From Acidobacteriota bacterium (GTDB taxonomy: Bacteria > Acidobacteriota > UBA890 > WLXD01): 64,000 nucleotides of DNA. The stretch lies in NCBI GenBank assembly GCA_963666215.2, contig CAXWPL010000005.1, positions 640,001 through 704,000 of the forward strand, read 5' to 3'. Positions 63,359 through 64,000 of the stretch are shown here, in pieces. The notes beneath the pieces are model-generated. The model saw only the letters and a program-made list of their open reading frames with translations. It was not told the origin of the DNA and made no database searches. Numbering within the stretch: position 1 is the first letter of the stretch; the number at the start of each line of letters is the position of its first letter. Made by a program: the position numbers and the translations under genes.

Positions 63359-64000
63359 GTGCACAACGTCTTCATCCACGACGATCATATCTATGCGCTG
63401 TCGGCTGGCCGCCGCTACGACATCATCAACATCGAGGACCCCTCGAAGCCGAACCGCGTGGGCCGCTTCGAGCTCGACACACCCGGCCACTCGATCCACG
63501 ACGTCTGGGTCGACGACGGGATCGCATACTCGTCGAACTGGGACGACGGGATAGTGGCGGTCGACGTCGGAGGCGGCAACGCTGGCGGATCGCCGCGTAA
63601 CCCGGTCAAGCTCGGCAGCTACACCTACCCATCGGGGTGGAACCACGCAGCCTTCCCCTATCGCAGCAAGTCCACCGGCAAGCTCTACGCCTTTGCTGGC
63701 GACGAATCCACGCTCTCCGGCGTGATACCGCGCGTGGAGGGGCTCGACATGATGGCCGGCTACATCCACATCATCGAGTGGGACAGCTGGGACGAGCCTC
63801 GCGAAGTGGCCCGTTATCGAGTTCCCGACGGCGGCAGCCACAACATCTGGGTGGAGGACGACGTCCTCTATGTCGCCTACTACCAAGGCGGACTGCGTGT
63901 TGTGGACGTCTCAGGCGAGCTGATGGGCGACCTCTACCGGCAGGGACGCGAGATCGGCTTCTTCAAGGCCCTCGATCCTCAGGGCCGCATCGCCAACGTC
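63359..64000 (+). pseudogene. LVIVD-repeat protein, 5-prime truncated, runs off the window
   Basis: Manual translation VHNVFIHDDHIYALS...IHDVWVDDGIAYSSNWDDG...SHNIWVEDDVLYVAYYQGGLRVVDVS. Confidence 0.8.

Overview
A GC-rich bacterial window, probably Acidobacteriota (inferred from the ADOP-type permease, PadR, kinase-PD40 fusions and zf-HC2 anti-sigma). It falls into two halves. From 1 to 31.2 kb the genes are intact: a MacAB-like exporter, an unusual sigma/anti-sigma pair, a membrane Ser/Thr kinase, pabA-pabB-pabC, an NSS transporter, a GGDEF/HD-GYP protein, Fur with an Fe3+ ABC transporter, alkA and a STAS protein, with one IS256 carrying a clean target duplication. From 31.2 to 64 kb the region is rearranged and decaying: a second IS256, a tyrosine integrase beside a tRNA-Thr(CGT) att remnant, IS6/IS3/IS5 scars, peptidases, and many truncated, frameshifted or nonsense-interrupted genes. 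The strongest hidden signal is a lipoprotein with a TPR-like region and a TlpA thioredoxin domain (22468-23541, minus strand) that the ORF track splits in two. Its in-frame UGA sits at the first Cys of the CxxC motif (UAAC) and is followed by a SECIS-like hairpin, so it is a probable selenoprotein. Divergent from it is a small HExxH protease-like protein with a QLDLF beta-clamp-type motif. All family assignments come from motif recognition by eye; no database searches were run.
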